Origin: Sinorhizobium meliloti
Lineage (GTDB): Bacteria > Pseudomonadota > Alphaproteobacteria > Rhizobiales > Rhizobiaceae
DNA length: 32,000 nucleotides
Reading direction: 5' to 3'
Assembly: GCF_017876815.1 (NCBI RefSeq)
Contig: NZ_JAGIOS010000003.1
Coordinates: 1,080,001-1,112,000, forward strand
The notes below the pieces were generated by a model. The model was not told where the DNA came from, did no database searches, and saw nothing but the letters and a program-made list of their open reading frames with translations. Shown piece after piece: positions 16,042 through 23,818 of the stretch; positions within the stretch are counted from its first letter, which is position 1; each line of letters opens with the position of its first letter. The position numbers and the translations under genes were made by a program.

Positions 16042-17121
16042 ATGGAACGACGCGACAAGGAACAGGAGAACCTTTCCCGGCTCGAACAGGCCGCGCAACA
16101 GACTGCTGATCCAAAAACTATGCAACAGAAGGCGAAAAGGCCCGAGGAAAAATTCCGCTTCAGTCTTCGCAAGAAAGACGTCTGGTGGACGGTTGGCTTG
16201 GCTGCCGCTGCCTTGCTGCTTTTTGGCATCCAAGTCCTGATTAATTGGCGCTTGGATTGGCTTGACGCGCCCTTGCGCCTCCGCGTGATGAACTATGTTA
16301 AGGGCGGCCTTCTCATCTTTATTATGCTTACCGTTGCGAATGTTATTGAAGTCTTTCTTATTGGCCGAATTCCCAATCGTGTCTCGCGTTTCAACCTGAA
16401 ACGTATTTTTCGGTTGGTCGTCGTGGTTGCCATCGTCTTCGTGGCGATTTCGGTCTTATTTGTAAATTGGTACGCAGCGTTCGTTTCGCTCGGCCTGATT
16501 TCCCTGATTCTTGGCTTTGCGCTGCAAATGCCGATCTCCAGTTTCATCGCGTGGATCTATATCCTGGCCAGGGCGCCTTATCGCGTTGGCGATCGAATTC
16601 GCATCGGCGATGCCCATGGCGATGTCATTGACGTCAGCTATCTCGATACGACGCTGTGGGAATTCGGCGGCGAGTACCTTTGGACCGATCATCCGAGCGG
16701 ACGCATCATCAAGTTTCCGAACTCAACCGTGTTTGACACGCCGGTCTTCAACTATTCCTGGCCGCTGTTTCCCTACGTCTGGAACGAAATCAAGTTCCAG
16801 CTCGCCTATGAGAGCGATCTGGAGTTTGTGGCGCGGACCATGAGAGAGGTCGTGGAAGAGCAGGTCGGCGACATCATGAGCCAGAAGGTGAAGATATATA
16901 AGCACATCCTATCGAATACGCCGGTGGACGAGCTCGAAGTGAAGGAGCATCCCGTGGTTCATTTTCGCGTCAGCGAAAACACCTGGCTCGAGGCCATCGT
17001 ACGTTATCTTGTGCCGCCGAAGGAAGCGGGGCGCACCAAAACACGCTTGATCAAGGAAATGCTGGCGCGAATGAACGCAGAGCCCGATCGCGTGCTGTTT
17101 CCGAAGAGCAATTTGAGGTGA
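16042..17121 (+). CDS. Mechanosensitive ion channel, MscS family
   Basis: I prefer the ATG at 16042 (MERRDKEQ...). The track's GTG at 15883 and an ATG at 15979 remain possible starts. It has three TM helices followed by GLISLILGFALQMPISSFIAWIYILARAPYRVGDRIRIGDAHGDVIDVSYLDTTLWE, the MscS pore-helix/beta-domain signature. Confidence 0.85.
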   Translation: MERRDKEQENLSRLEQAAQQTADPKTMQQKAKRPEEKFRFSLRKKDVWWTVGLAAAALLLFGIQVLINWRLDWLDAPLRLRVMNYVKGGLLIFIMLTVANVIEVFLIGRIPNRVSRFNLKRIFRLVVVVAIVFVAISVLFVNWYAAFVSLGLISLILGFALQMPISSFIAWIYILARAPYRVGDRIRIGDAHGDVIDVSYLDTTLWEFGGEYLWTDHPSGRIIKFPNSTVFDTPVFNYSWPLFPYVWNEIKFQLAYESDLEFVARTMREVVEEQVGDIMSQKVKIYKHILSNTPVDELEVKEHPVVHFRVSENTWLEAIVRYLVPPKEAGRTKTRLIKEMLARMNAEPDRVLFPKSNLR

Positions 17122-17516
17122 ACTTCCCTACGCCAGGCTTGTAAGGGGGCCCCCCGCGTCGCGGCAGGCAAGTCCGGGATACCTCCAGCATCCTGACCCG
17201 CGATCTCCGACTAAATCCAGGCAGCGACGGCGGCTATCACGAGCGAGAGGACGCCCAGCAGCGCGCCACTGGAAAACTGCGGCAGCGGCCGTGTCGGCGG
17301 CTTCGGTCGCCTGCTGCTTGGCGCGTTCCACCGACGCCTTGTAACCTTCCTCGATCCACCGGAATATTCTGCGCCTTAGTATATCGTATGGGGCGCCTGG
17401 TTCGATATGCCTTCTGAGAAGTTTGCATCGTCGCCCAGATTGCACCAGACACCTGCCGAACACATTCTGCCCGATGGCGTCTCGCCGGATGTCTTCGCGC
17501 GTTTGTATTCGAGATG

Positions 17517-18437
17517 TCAGTATTTCGCAGGAACGTAAAGCTCCGGAGGCAGGACCTTCCGCTCGTAGTTGGGATTGAAAATGCGCTCCGGCAAGGTGAT
17601 ATCCTCGTGCGGCACATCCTCATAGGGGATTTGCTTCAAGAGATGGTCGATGCAGTTGAGCCGGGCCCGCTTCTTGTCGTTGGCCTCGACGATATGCCAT
17701 GGCGCTTCGCGAATGTTGGTACGGGCGAAGGTCTCTTCCTTGGCCTTGGTGTACGCTTCCCAACGGACGCGCGATTGCAGGTCCATCGGCGAGAGCTTCC
17801 ACTGTTTCAACGGGTCGTGGATGCGCGTCAGAAAGCGCAGCTGCTGTTCCTCGTCGGTGATCGAGAACCAGTACTTAACCAGCCGAACGCCGGAGCGCAC
17901 CAGCATGCGTTCGAATTCCGGCACGTCGTCGAAGAACTGCTCGACCTCCTCCTCGGTCGCAAAGCCCATGACGCGTTCGACGCCGCAGCGATTGTACCAG
18001 GAGCGGTCGAAGAGGACGATTTCGCCGCCCGCCGGCAGATGTGGTACGTAACGCTGGAAATACCATTGGGTCTTTTCGCGATCGGACGGCGCCGGCAGCG
18101 CCACCGTTCTAACGATGCGCGGATTGAGTCGCTGGGTGATGCGCTTGATGACGCCGCCCTTTCCAGCCGCGTCGCGTCCCTCGAAGATCACAACGACCTT
18201 CTGCTTGTGGTAGACGACCCAGTCCTGCAGCTTGATAAGCTCCGCCTGCAAGGCCAGGAGCGCGCGGAAATAATCCATGCGGGGAAGCGCCGGAGGATGC
18301 GCTTTACGGTAAATCTCGCGGATTTTCTCGGATAAGGTCGGTTCTGAAAGCTCAAGCTCGTAATCCTCGTCGATTGTGTCAGCAAGCTCCGCTTCGAGCC
18401 AATCGATGCGTTCTACCTCGTCTTTCGAGTTACTCAT
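17517..18437 (-). CDS. ppk2: Polyphosphate kinase 2 (PPK2)
   Basis: 306 aa. Contains VVVIFEGRDAAGKGGVIKRI (Walker A), YFQRYVPHLPAGGEIVLFDRSWYNR and WKLSPMD. GGAGG lies 6 nt upstream of the ATG. Confidence 0.93.
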   Translation of the reverse strand: MSNSKDEVERIDWLEAELADTIDEDYELELSEPTLSEKIREIYRKAHPPALPRMDYFRALLALQAELIKLQDWVVYHKQKVVVIFEGRDAAGKGGVIKRITQRLNPRIVRTVALPAPSDREKTQWYFQRYVPHLPAGGEIVLFDRSWYNRCGVERVMGFATEEEVEQFFDDVPEFERMLVRSGVRLVKYWFSITDEEQQLRFLTRIHDPLKQWKLSPMDLQSRVRWEAYTKAKEETFARTNIREAPWHIVEANDKKRARLNCIDHLLKQIPYEDVPHEDITLPERIFNPNYERKVLPPELYVPAKY

Positions 18438-18462
18438 GTTACGCCTCCGCAGTTCACGCCAA

Positions 18463-18482
18463 CAATCTTGATCGCAAGATTG
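18463..18482 (-). promoter_or_regulatory. Perfect dyad CAATCTTG-ATCG-CAAGATTG upstream of ppk2
   Basis: 8-bp arms with a 4-nt spacer. It lies 14 nt upstream of the ppk2 SD and 26 nt from the start codon. Confidence 0.35.
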
Positions 18483-18652
18483 GCTTATTCAATGTCGGAG
18501 TGAAGGAAAATTCACATTCCTCGGGACGCATGCCGCCGGCGTAAGCAGGGTCGAGACTCACCGGCGACACAAGAGCGTTGTGATGGCAGCTCCCATTTGG
18601 GCATACTAACCGACGATCTCAATGGATCGGACGAGCGAGCGAGCATGATACT

Positions 18653-19489
18653 GTGAATGCCACTAAACTCCTGCTGATCTTGCCGCTATTGGCGGCTTTC
18701 GCATACATCTCGCTTGTTGGCTTGACGTATCTGTCACAGCGCGCGCTCCTTTACCCTGGGGCAAGCGCAACGCCGGCGCCCGAGCGCGCGAGCTGGGGCC
18801 AGAATGCGTCCATCCAGACACCCGATGGAGAAACACTTCATGGCCTCTATAGCCGGGGTGAGCCCGGCCAGCCTTCGGTGTTGTTCTTTCTCGGAAATGC
18901 CGACCGGGTTAGCAACTATGGCTTCTTCGCCCAGGCCCTCGCCGCACGCGGCATCGGCCTGCTCGCGCTTTCCTATCGCGGCTATCCGGGATCAAGTGGG
19001 ACGCCGAACGAGCATGGCTTATTGATCGATGGCATTGCCGCCTTCGACTGGCTTGCGGCACGTTCCGGAAACGAGATCGTCGTGCTGGGCCAGTCGCTGG
19101 GAAGCGGTGTGGCGGTCGATACGGCTGGGCAACGGCCGGCAGTCGCGGTCATCCTCGTGTCTGCCTACCTGTCGGTCCTCTCGCTCGCTCAGACCTACTA
19201 TCCATTCTTTCCGGTTGCCCTCCTCACCAAGGATCCCTTCCGCTCAGATCTGAAAATCGCAGGGGTGAGGCAACCGAAGCTGTTTATCCACGGCCGGCAC
19301 GACACCATCATCCCATTGTCTTCGGGCGAAGCTCTGTATCAGATCGCTCCCGAGCCCAAGCAGATGCTCATCTACGATGCCGGCCACAACGATCTGTGGG
19401 ATGCCCGCATGGTTGACGACATCATCCGCTTTGTGCAGTCGCAAAAAGGAGGCACCGCGATTCCACCGCCTCGAACGGACCGGAACTGA
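18653..19489 (+). CDS. Alpha/beta hydrolase with N-terminal membrane anchor
   Basis: 278 aa from a GTG start. The N-terminal TM segment is LLLILPLLAAFAYISLVGL. It has the nucleophile elbow GQSLGSG, a HGRHDTIIP block and a late GHND histidine. The start codon is uncertain because there is no clear SD. Confidence 0.85.
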   Translation: MNATKLLLILPLLAAFAYISLVGLTYLSQRALLYPGASATPAPERASWGQNASIQTPDGETLHGLYSRGEPGQPSVLFFLGNADRVSNYGFFAQALAARGIGLLALSYRGYPGSSGTPNEHGLLIDGIAAFDWLAARSGNEIVVLGQSLGSGVAVDTAGQRPAVAVILVSAYLSVLSLAQTYYPFFPVALLTKDPFRSDLKIAGVRQPKLFIHGRHDTIIPLSSGEALYQIAPEPKQMLIYDAGHNDLWDARMVDDIIRFVQSQKGGTAIPPPRTDRN

Positions 19490-19596
19490 CGAGCCGCTAA
19501 AGCTCAACGCGATCATGCGTTATTCCAGCACGATATGTGGCTCGATTGACCCATACCTGCCTTCCACAGTGCTGATCGGCGACTTTCGCGGCGTAG

Positions 19597-20382
19597 TCAG
19601 CCTCCTCCGCCTGCCCGGCGGGCAGTGATGATCCACGCGCGAGAGTCGAAAAACACGCCCTCCGGGGTCATATGCCCCTCCAGCAAATCGCGCAGCCGCT
19701 GCAGTGGTTTGTCAGGCGGTTCATTCGTGCTCGCGAGAGCGTCCTGAACAAGATAAAGGCTGGTTAGCGCATCGAACGCCGCATCGACATCTGATCCATA
19801 GAAGACCGGCTCTTGCACGTCCGCAAAGTCGATCGACGTAAAGCCTGCCGCGCTCAGAAGGTCGGTGGCAACCGGAGGGTCGCCAAGTGAAAACGGGTTG
19901 GCAGCACCTGCGGAAACCGCAATTGCCGGCGCCAGCGCTTGCCGGATAGCACGTGACCACTCGTTACGCTCCCGGCTCTGCCACACCATCCACACAAGGC
20001 GCGCGCCGGGGCGCATTGCCCGGCCGATATTGGCAAATGCCGCCGCCGGATCGGCAAAGAACATCACGCCAAACCGGCTGAGGCAAAGGTCGAAACTGCC
20101 CGTCGGGAATCCGTGAAATTGCGCGTCGCCCTGCTCGAACATCGCATTCCGCAGACCCTCGGCGGCACTCCGTCGCCTTGCCTCCTCAAGCATCTCCGCG
20201 GAAATATCCACACCGATCGCTTCCCCTTGCGGCGCGGCGCGGGCGGCCTCGCGCGTCGTTTGTCCTGCACCGCAGCCGATATCGAGCACCCGATCATCTG
20301 CGCCAAAGTCGGCAGCAACCCGTAGCTGGCGATTGTGTCGCGCCAATTCTGCGTCGTAAAAGTCGGCACGATCCGACGCCAT
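19597..20382 (-). CDS. Class I SAM-dependent methyltransferase
   Basis: I prefer the ATG at 20382 (MASDRADFY...) behind GAGGGTGAG. The track start is 20439. Motif I is VLDIGCGAGQTT, with FDLCLSRFGVMFF downstream. Confidence 0.85.
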   Translation of the reverse strand: MASDRADFYDAELARHNRQLRVAADFGADDRVLDIGCGAGQTTREAARAAPQGEAIGVDISAEMLEEARRRSAAEGLRNAMFEQGDAQFHGFPTGSFDLCLSRFGVMFFADPAAAFANIGRAMRPGARLVWMVWQSRERNEWSRAIRQALAPAIAVSAGAANPFSLGDPPVATDLLSAAGFTSIDFADVQEPVFYGSDVDAAFDALTSLYLVQDALASTNEPPDKPLQRLRDLLEGHMTPEGVFFDSRAWIITARRAGGGG

Positions 20383-20443
20383 AACACTCACCCTCTTTGT
20401 TCGAGCTGGTACGGGAGTTTGATTTTCCGTCCCCTGCACCGCG

Positions 20444-21256
20444 TTACTCTCGTCTTCCCGTGTAAACCGACGTCGTCATGTTTCTGGTGACGACGCCTGC
20501 GAACTCGGTTTCGGCTATTTTCTCCAGTCCGCTGAGTAACCTTTCCCGTTCGTCCGCTGGCAGTGCCGTGACATTCGAGTAGGTCGCATAGAGGCGTCGA
20601 ACAGCGGGTGGGTCCAGTGTCAGAGTCCAGTCTATGAGCTCCGGCTCGTCGGCCGTGAAACCAGCCTCCGCCAACTCACCCAGTCGCGCACCGACATCGA
20701 GGCCGTATGGCGTTTTAGTCGTTCCACCACCGGATGGGCTCGTACGATGGCCTGAGAACAGGTGAGCCGTCGCCCGATGAAATGGATCAGGCCTGACACC
20801 GCCCCCGAAGACATTCCAAAAGAGAGCGACGGTGCCGCCGGCTCGCAGCAGTCGATGAATGCGCCGCAGAGCAGGAGCGGCATCAATCCAGTGGAACGCC
20901 GTCGCACTGACGACGAGATCGAAACTCTTCTCCGGAACTTTCAATTTTTCGAAGGGAGTCTCCACCACTTCGAGCTCTTCCTTGTCCAATCGACCGCGAA
21001 GAAACCTGGCTAGCCGTCTGTCGGGCTCTACTGCCAGAAGCCGGTGGGGCCGATCTTCAAGAAGGCGTTCGGTGGCCAGCCCAGTTCCGGCTCCAATCTC
21101 GAGGATGGAGATACCGCGGCGGAGTCCTGCGCGATTTCGTAACGCGTCCCAGACGAGCTCCGGATAGGCGGGCCGGGCCGTGTGGTAGTTCTGCGGGTCG
21201 AGCCCAAATGCTTCTTTGCCGAAGGAACGGGCAAGGACGTCACTGGCCATAGCCAT
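20444..21256 (-). CDS. Class I SAM-dependent methyltransferase (second, different subfamily)
   Basis: Possible starts are GTG 21259, ATG 21256 and ATG 21250. Motif I is ILEIGAGTGLATERL, with FDLVVSATAFHWID and LLRAGGTVALFWN downstream. Confidence 0.85.
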   Translation of the reverse strand: MAMASDVLARSFGKEAFGLDPQNYHTARPAYPELVWDALRNRAGLRRGISILEIGAGTGLATERLLEDRPHRLLAVEPDRRLARFLRGRLDKEELEVVETPFEKLKVPEKSFDLVVSATAFHWIDAAPALRRIHRLLRAGGTVALFWNVFGGGVRPDPFHRATAHLFSGHRTSPSGGGTTKTPYGLDVGARLGELAEAGFTADEPELIDWTLTLDPPAVRRLYATYSNVTALPADERERLLSGLEKIAETEFAGVVTRNMTTSVYTGRRE

Positions 21257-21313
21257 CACCGAGTTGCTGACCGCCGAAGCTAACTGCGAAGACGAAGCGG
21301 ATCAACAACGCCC

Positions 21314-21333
21314 GGCGGCGGGAAACCGACGCC
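21314..21333 (-). terminator. Possible intrinsic terminator after the TPR lipoprotein gene
   Basis: The minus-sense RNA is GGCGUCGG-UUUC-CCGCCGCC (8 pairs, 1 mismatch), followed by GGGCGUUGUUGAU. It starts 7 nt after the stop at 21340. The U tract is weak. Confidence 0.35.
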
Positions 21334-21339
21334 ATTCCC

Positions 21340-21870
21340 TCAACTGCGGTCCAACAAGGCAAGATTGGCCTCGATTGTCTCGTCCCCCGGTGATGCCGCA
21401 CGAGCTTCGAGCAGCAATTTGCGGGCCTTTGCCTTCTCGCCTCGGAGATATTGCGAGTATCCCATGTTGTTGACGATGCGTGGCTGGCGCCCGGCCACCT
21501 TGAGCAATTGATTGTAGGCGCGGTCCGCCAGATCGAACCGGCCGAGGCGGTCATAGCAGGCCGCCAATCCCATCAGCGCCTCGGCGTTATCTTGCCGCAG
21601 CTCTACCGCCTTTCGAAAGTGCTTCTCGGCGAGCCCATAATTGCCGTTCATGAATTGAAGCTTGCCCTGATCGAGATCGGACTTGCTCACGTCTCCGGAT
21701 GACGCGAGAGCGGATGTCGGGTCGAATTCGGCACCCGACAACACCTCCGACGTCTGACAGCTCGAAAGAATCACGGTGGCGACGATCGCCATGGCCAGTT
21801 CCGTGGGCCGGCGTCCTCCTCCCGAACGGCCCAGCACACTGCGGCCGGACGCGCCTGTTGTCATCTCCAT
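21340..21870 (-). CDS. TPR-repeat lipoprotein, TadD/CpaI-like (putative secretin pilotin)
   Basis: 176 aa. The lipobox is VILSSC. TPR repeats follow (NGNYGLAEKHFRKAVELRQDNAEALMGLAACYDRLGRFDLADRAYNQLL...NNMGYSQYLRGEKAKARKLLLEA). It sits directly downstream of the secretin and small lipoprotein genes. Confidence 0.75.
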   Translation of the reverse strand: MEMTTGASGRSVLGRSGGGRRPTELAMAIVATVILSSCQTSEVLSGAEFDPTSALASSGDVSKSDLDQGKLQFMNGNYGLAEKHFRKAVELRQDNAEALMGLAACYDRLGRFDLADRAYNQLLKVAGRQPRIVNNMGYSQYLRGEKAKARKLLLEARAASPGDETIEANLALLDRS

Positions 21871-21891
21871 TCGCTGATCGCCGCCCTCTTG

Positions 21892-22188
21892 CTACTGTGT
21901 CGTGGTGTCGTTCGGATAAGTCTCACCATTCCCCCCGTTTTGCTCCGCGTTCGGCTGCTGCGGCTTATACTGTTCCAGGTCGGCCGGCGTGGCCAAGCTG
22001 GTCTGCTTGACCCGTGGCGGCCACGGATCGACCATCTGCATCACGCTGTTTGCCGCGATTGCATCGCCTGCGGACAGAGCAATCGTTTCGCTGCGGACGA
22101 GCTCATGATTCTGGCAGCCGGAAAGCAGGATCGACGACGCAAAGAGAAGACCGGGAAAGCCTCTGGGCCTGCTGCTCCTCCGGATCAT
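21892..22188 (-). CDS. Small lipoprotein (98 aa), family not recognised, translationally coupled to the secretin gene
   Basis: MIRRSSRPRGFPGLLFASSILLSGCQ gives a lipobox Cys. Its ATG overlaps the secretin TGA (ATGA, complement of 22185..22188). The C-terminal tail is Pro/Gln/Asn-rich. Confidence 0.65.
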   Translation of the reverse strand: MIRRSSRPRGFPGLLFASSILLSGCQNHELVRSETIALSAGDAIAANSVMQMVDPWPPRVKQTSLATPADLEQYKPQQPNAEQNGGNGETYPNDTTTQ

Positions 22189-23585
22189 TGGAGCTCCAGA
22201 AAATGGCCGGAACTCGGTGCGCGGACGACACGCGCCTGCCTCGACGCTGACCGACCCCTGCCGTTGACCTCCACTTCATCGATATTGCCGAGAAAGAATT
22301 CAGCTTCGGTCGGGCGTTTTGTTCGATCCGACGGGCTGGCGACCTTCTTGAGCGGATCGATCGGTTTGACGAGATGAGGCGTGACGATGATCACCAGATC
22401 GGTCTCGCGGCGCTGGTAAGCCTTGGACGAAAACAACGCCCCGAGAATGGGAAGTTGCCCGAGGCCCGGCACGCGCTGGGTGATGAGATTGTTCTCGCTC
22501 TGCAGGAGGCCGGCGATCATGAAGCTCTGGCCGCTCTTGAGATCGACCGATGTCCGGGCACGGCGGACGGAGAAACCCGGGATCGCGATATTTCCCACCC
22601 GGTAGGAGGCGGTATTGTCGATCGCCGAAACTTCCGGCTCGATATCGAGGGCGATGAGGCCGTCGCTGAGCACGGTCGGCGTGAAATCCAGACCGACGCC
22701 GAACTTCTTGTAGCTGACGGTAATGGTCCCGTCCTGTTCCGAGATCGGGATGGGAAATTCGCCGCCGGCCAGAAAGCTTGAAGTCTCACCGGACCGCGCT
22801 ATCAGGTTCGGTTCGGCCAGGCGCCGGGCCATGCCCCGGTCTTCGAGCGCATCGATCGCCACATCGACCGAGTAGCCCTCTCCGATGAGGCTGCCGATAA
22901 GGGAGCCGGCCGGCGTATTGGATGTCGCGCGCGGGGAGGAGTTGAACTCGACACTCCCGTTCGACCACGCATAAGCGGCACTGATCTGGGTTCCAAGCTC
23001 CTTGCCGACGTCGCGGTTGATCTCCACGAATCTGACATTCAGCTGTACCTGTTGGGACGACGTGATCTTAATGGAGTTGATGACCTCCTCGTCGCCGGCA
23101 AAGCGCGATGCGATCTGCTCAGCCTGGGTAGCTGCGACCGCGTCCGTGGCAGAGCCGGAAAGAACGATCCTTCCGTTCGCCGAGGTTACCTTTACGCTCG
23201 AGCCCGGCACCGACTGCCGGATCGTCGAGGAAAGCAATTTCGTATCGAGCGTCACCTCTATGTCGACAATGCCGACCGGATTCTTTTCCGCATCGAAAAT
23301 GGTGACGCTCGTCGAGCCCAGTTCATTGCCGAGGATATAGAAGGAGCGGTCGGTCAGAGGGGTTACGGTCGCAATCTCCGGATCCCCGATGACGATCTCA
23401 TCGAATCGCTGCACGGCTCTGATCGTTACCGTCTTGCCCTTCGCAACCTTGATCGATCGCGAAAAATTCGACGAGATTTCCACGGAATCGCCGTTTGCCG
23501 ACGCCGGAGGACTGACGCCAATGCCGGTACACAGAGCCACAACGAAGCAGAAGAACGCAAAAAGGGAGCCTCTTGACCTTGTCAT
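22185..23585 (-). CDS. cpaC: Tad/Cpa-type outer-membrane secretin (CpaC/RcpA family)
   Basis: I prefer the ATG at 23585 (MTRSRGSLFAFFCFVVALCTG..., a signal peptide), 11 nt after GGAGGA. It has a pilus-N domain (IKVAKGKTVTIRAVQRFDEIVIGDPEIATVTPL...FYILGNELGSTSVTIF), a BON-like segment (VKVTSANGRIVLSGSATD) and a secretin core (RRLAEPNLIARSGETSSFLAGGEFPIP...VPGLGQLPILGALFSS...ETDLVIIVTPHLV). Confidence 0.9.
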   Translation of the reverse strand: MTRSRGSLFAFFCFVVALCTGIGVSPPASANGDSVEISSNFSRSIKVAKGKTVTIRAVQRFDEIVIGDPEIATVTPLTDRSFYILGNELGSTSVTIFDAEKNPVGIVDIEVTLDTKLLSSTIRQSVPGSSVKVTSANGRIVLSGSATDAVAATQAEQIASRFAGDEEVINSIKITSSQQVQLNVRFVEINRDVGKELGTQISAAYAWSNGSVEFNSSPRATSNTPAGSLIGSLIGEGYSVDVAIDALEDRGMARRLAEPNLIARSGETSSFLAGGEFPIPISEQDGTITVSYKKFGVGLDFTPTVLSDGLIALDIEPEVSAIDNTASYRVGNIAIPGFSVRRARTSVDLKSGQSFMIAGLLQSENNLITQRVPGLGQLPILGALFSSKAYQRRETDLVIIVTPHLVKPIDPLKKVASPSDRTKRPTEAEFFLGNIDEVEVNGRGRSASRQARVVRAPSSGHFLELQ

Positions 23586-23818
23586 GGTTCCTGTGTTCCT
23601 CCACGACACTCGGCACAATGTCGCACTCTCGTGACGCTACGTGTTGGCCGTAACCGCTGGGAGTTTTTCGGGAACCTGCCGCGAGGTCAACCAAGAATCC
23701 CCCCAAGCCACAATAAACACCCAGGAATTTTAAATAAAACCGTCAATTTTTGGTGGCCTGCGCAGCCTGTTATTCTCAAGTACTGTATTGGGCCGGAAAG
23801 CCTCGACCCTCCGGTTTC

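Noticed and set aside
23726-23751. AT-rich patch (AATTTTAAATAAAACCGTCAATTTTT) upstream of the secretin gene, checked for a CtrA box (TTAA-N7-TTAA)
   Set aside because: Only one TTAA half-site is present, with no second half at the correct spacing. It may simply be promoter-proximal AT-rich DNA.
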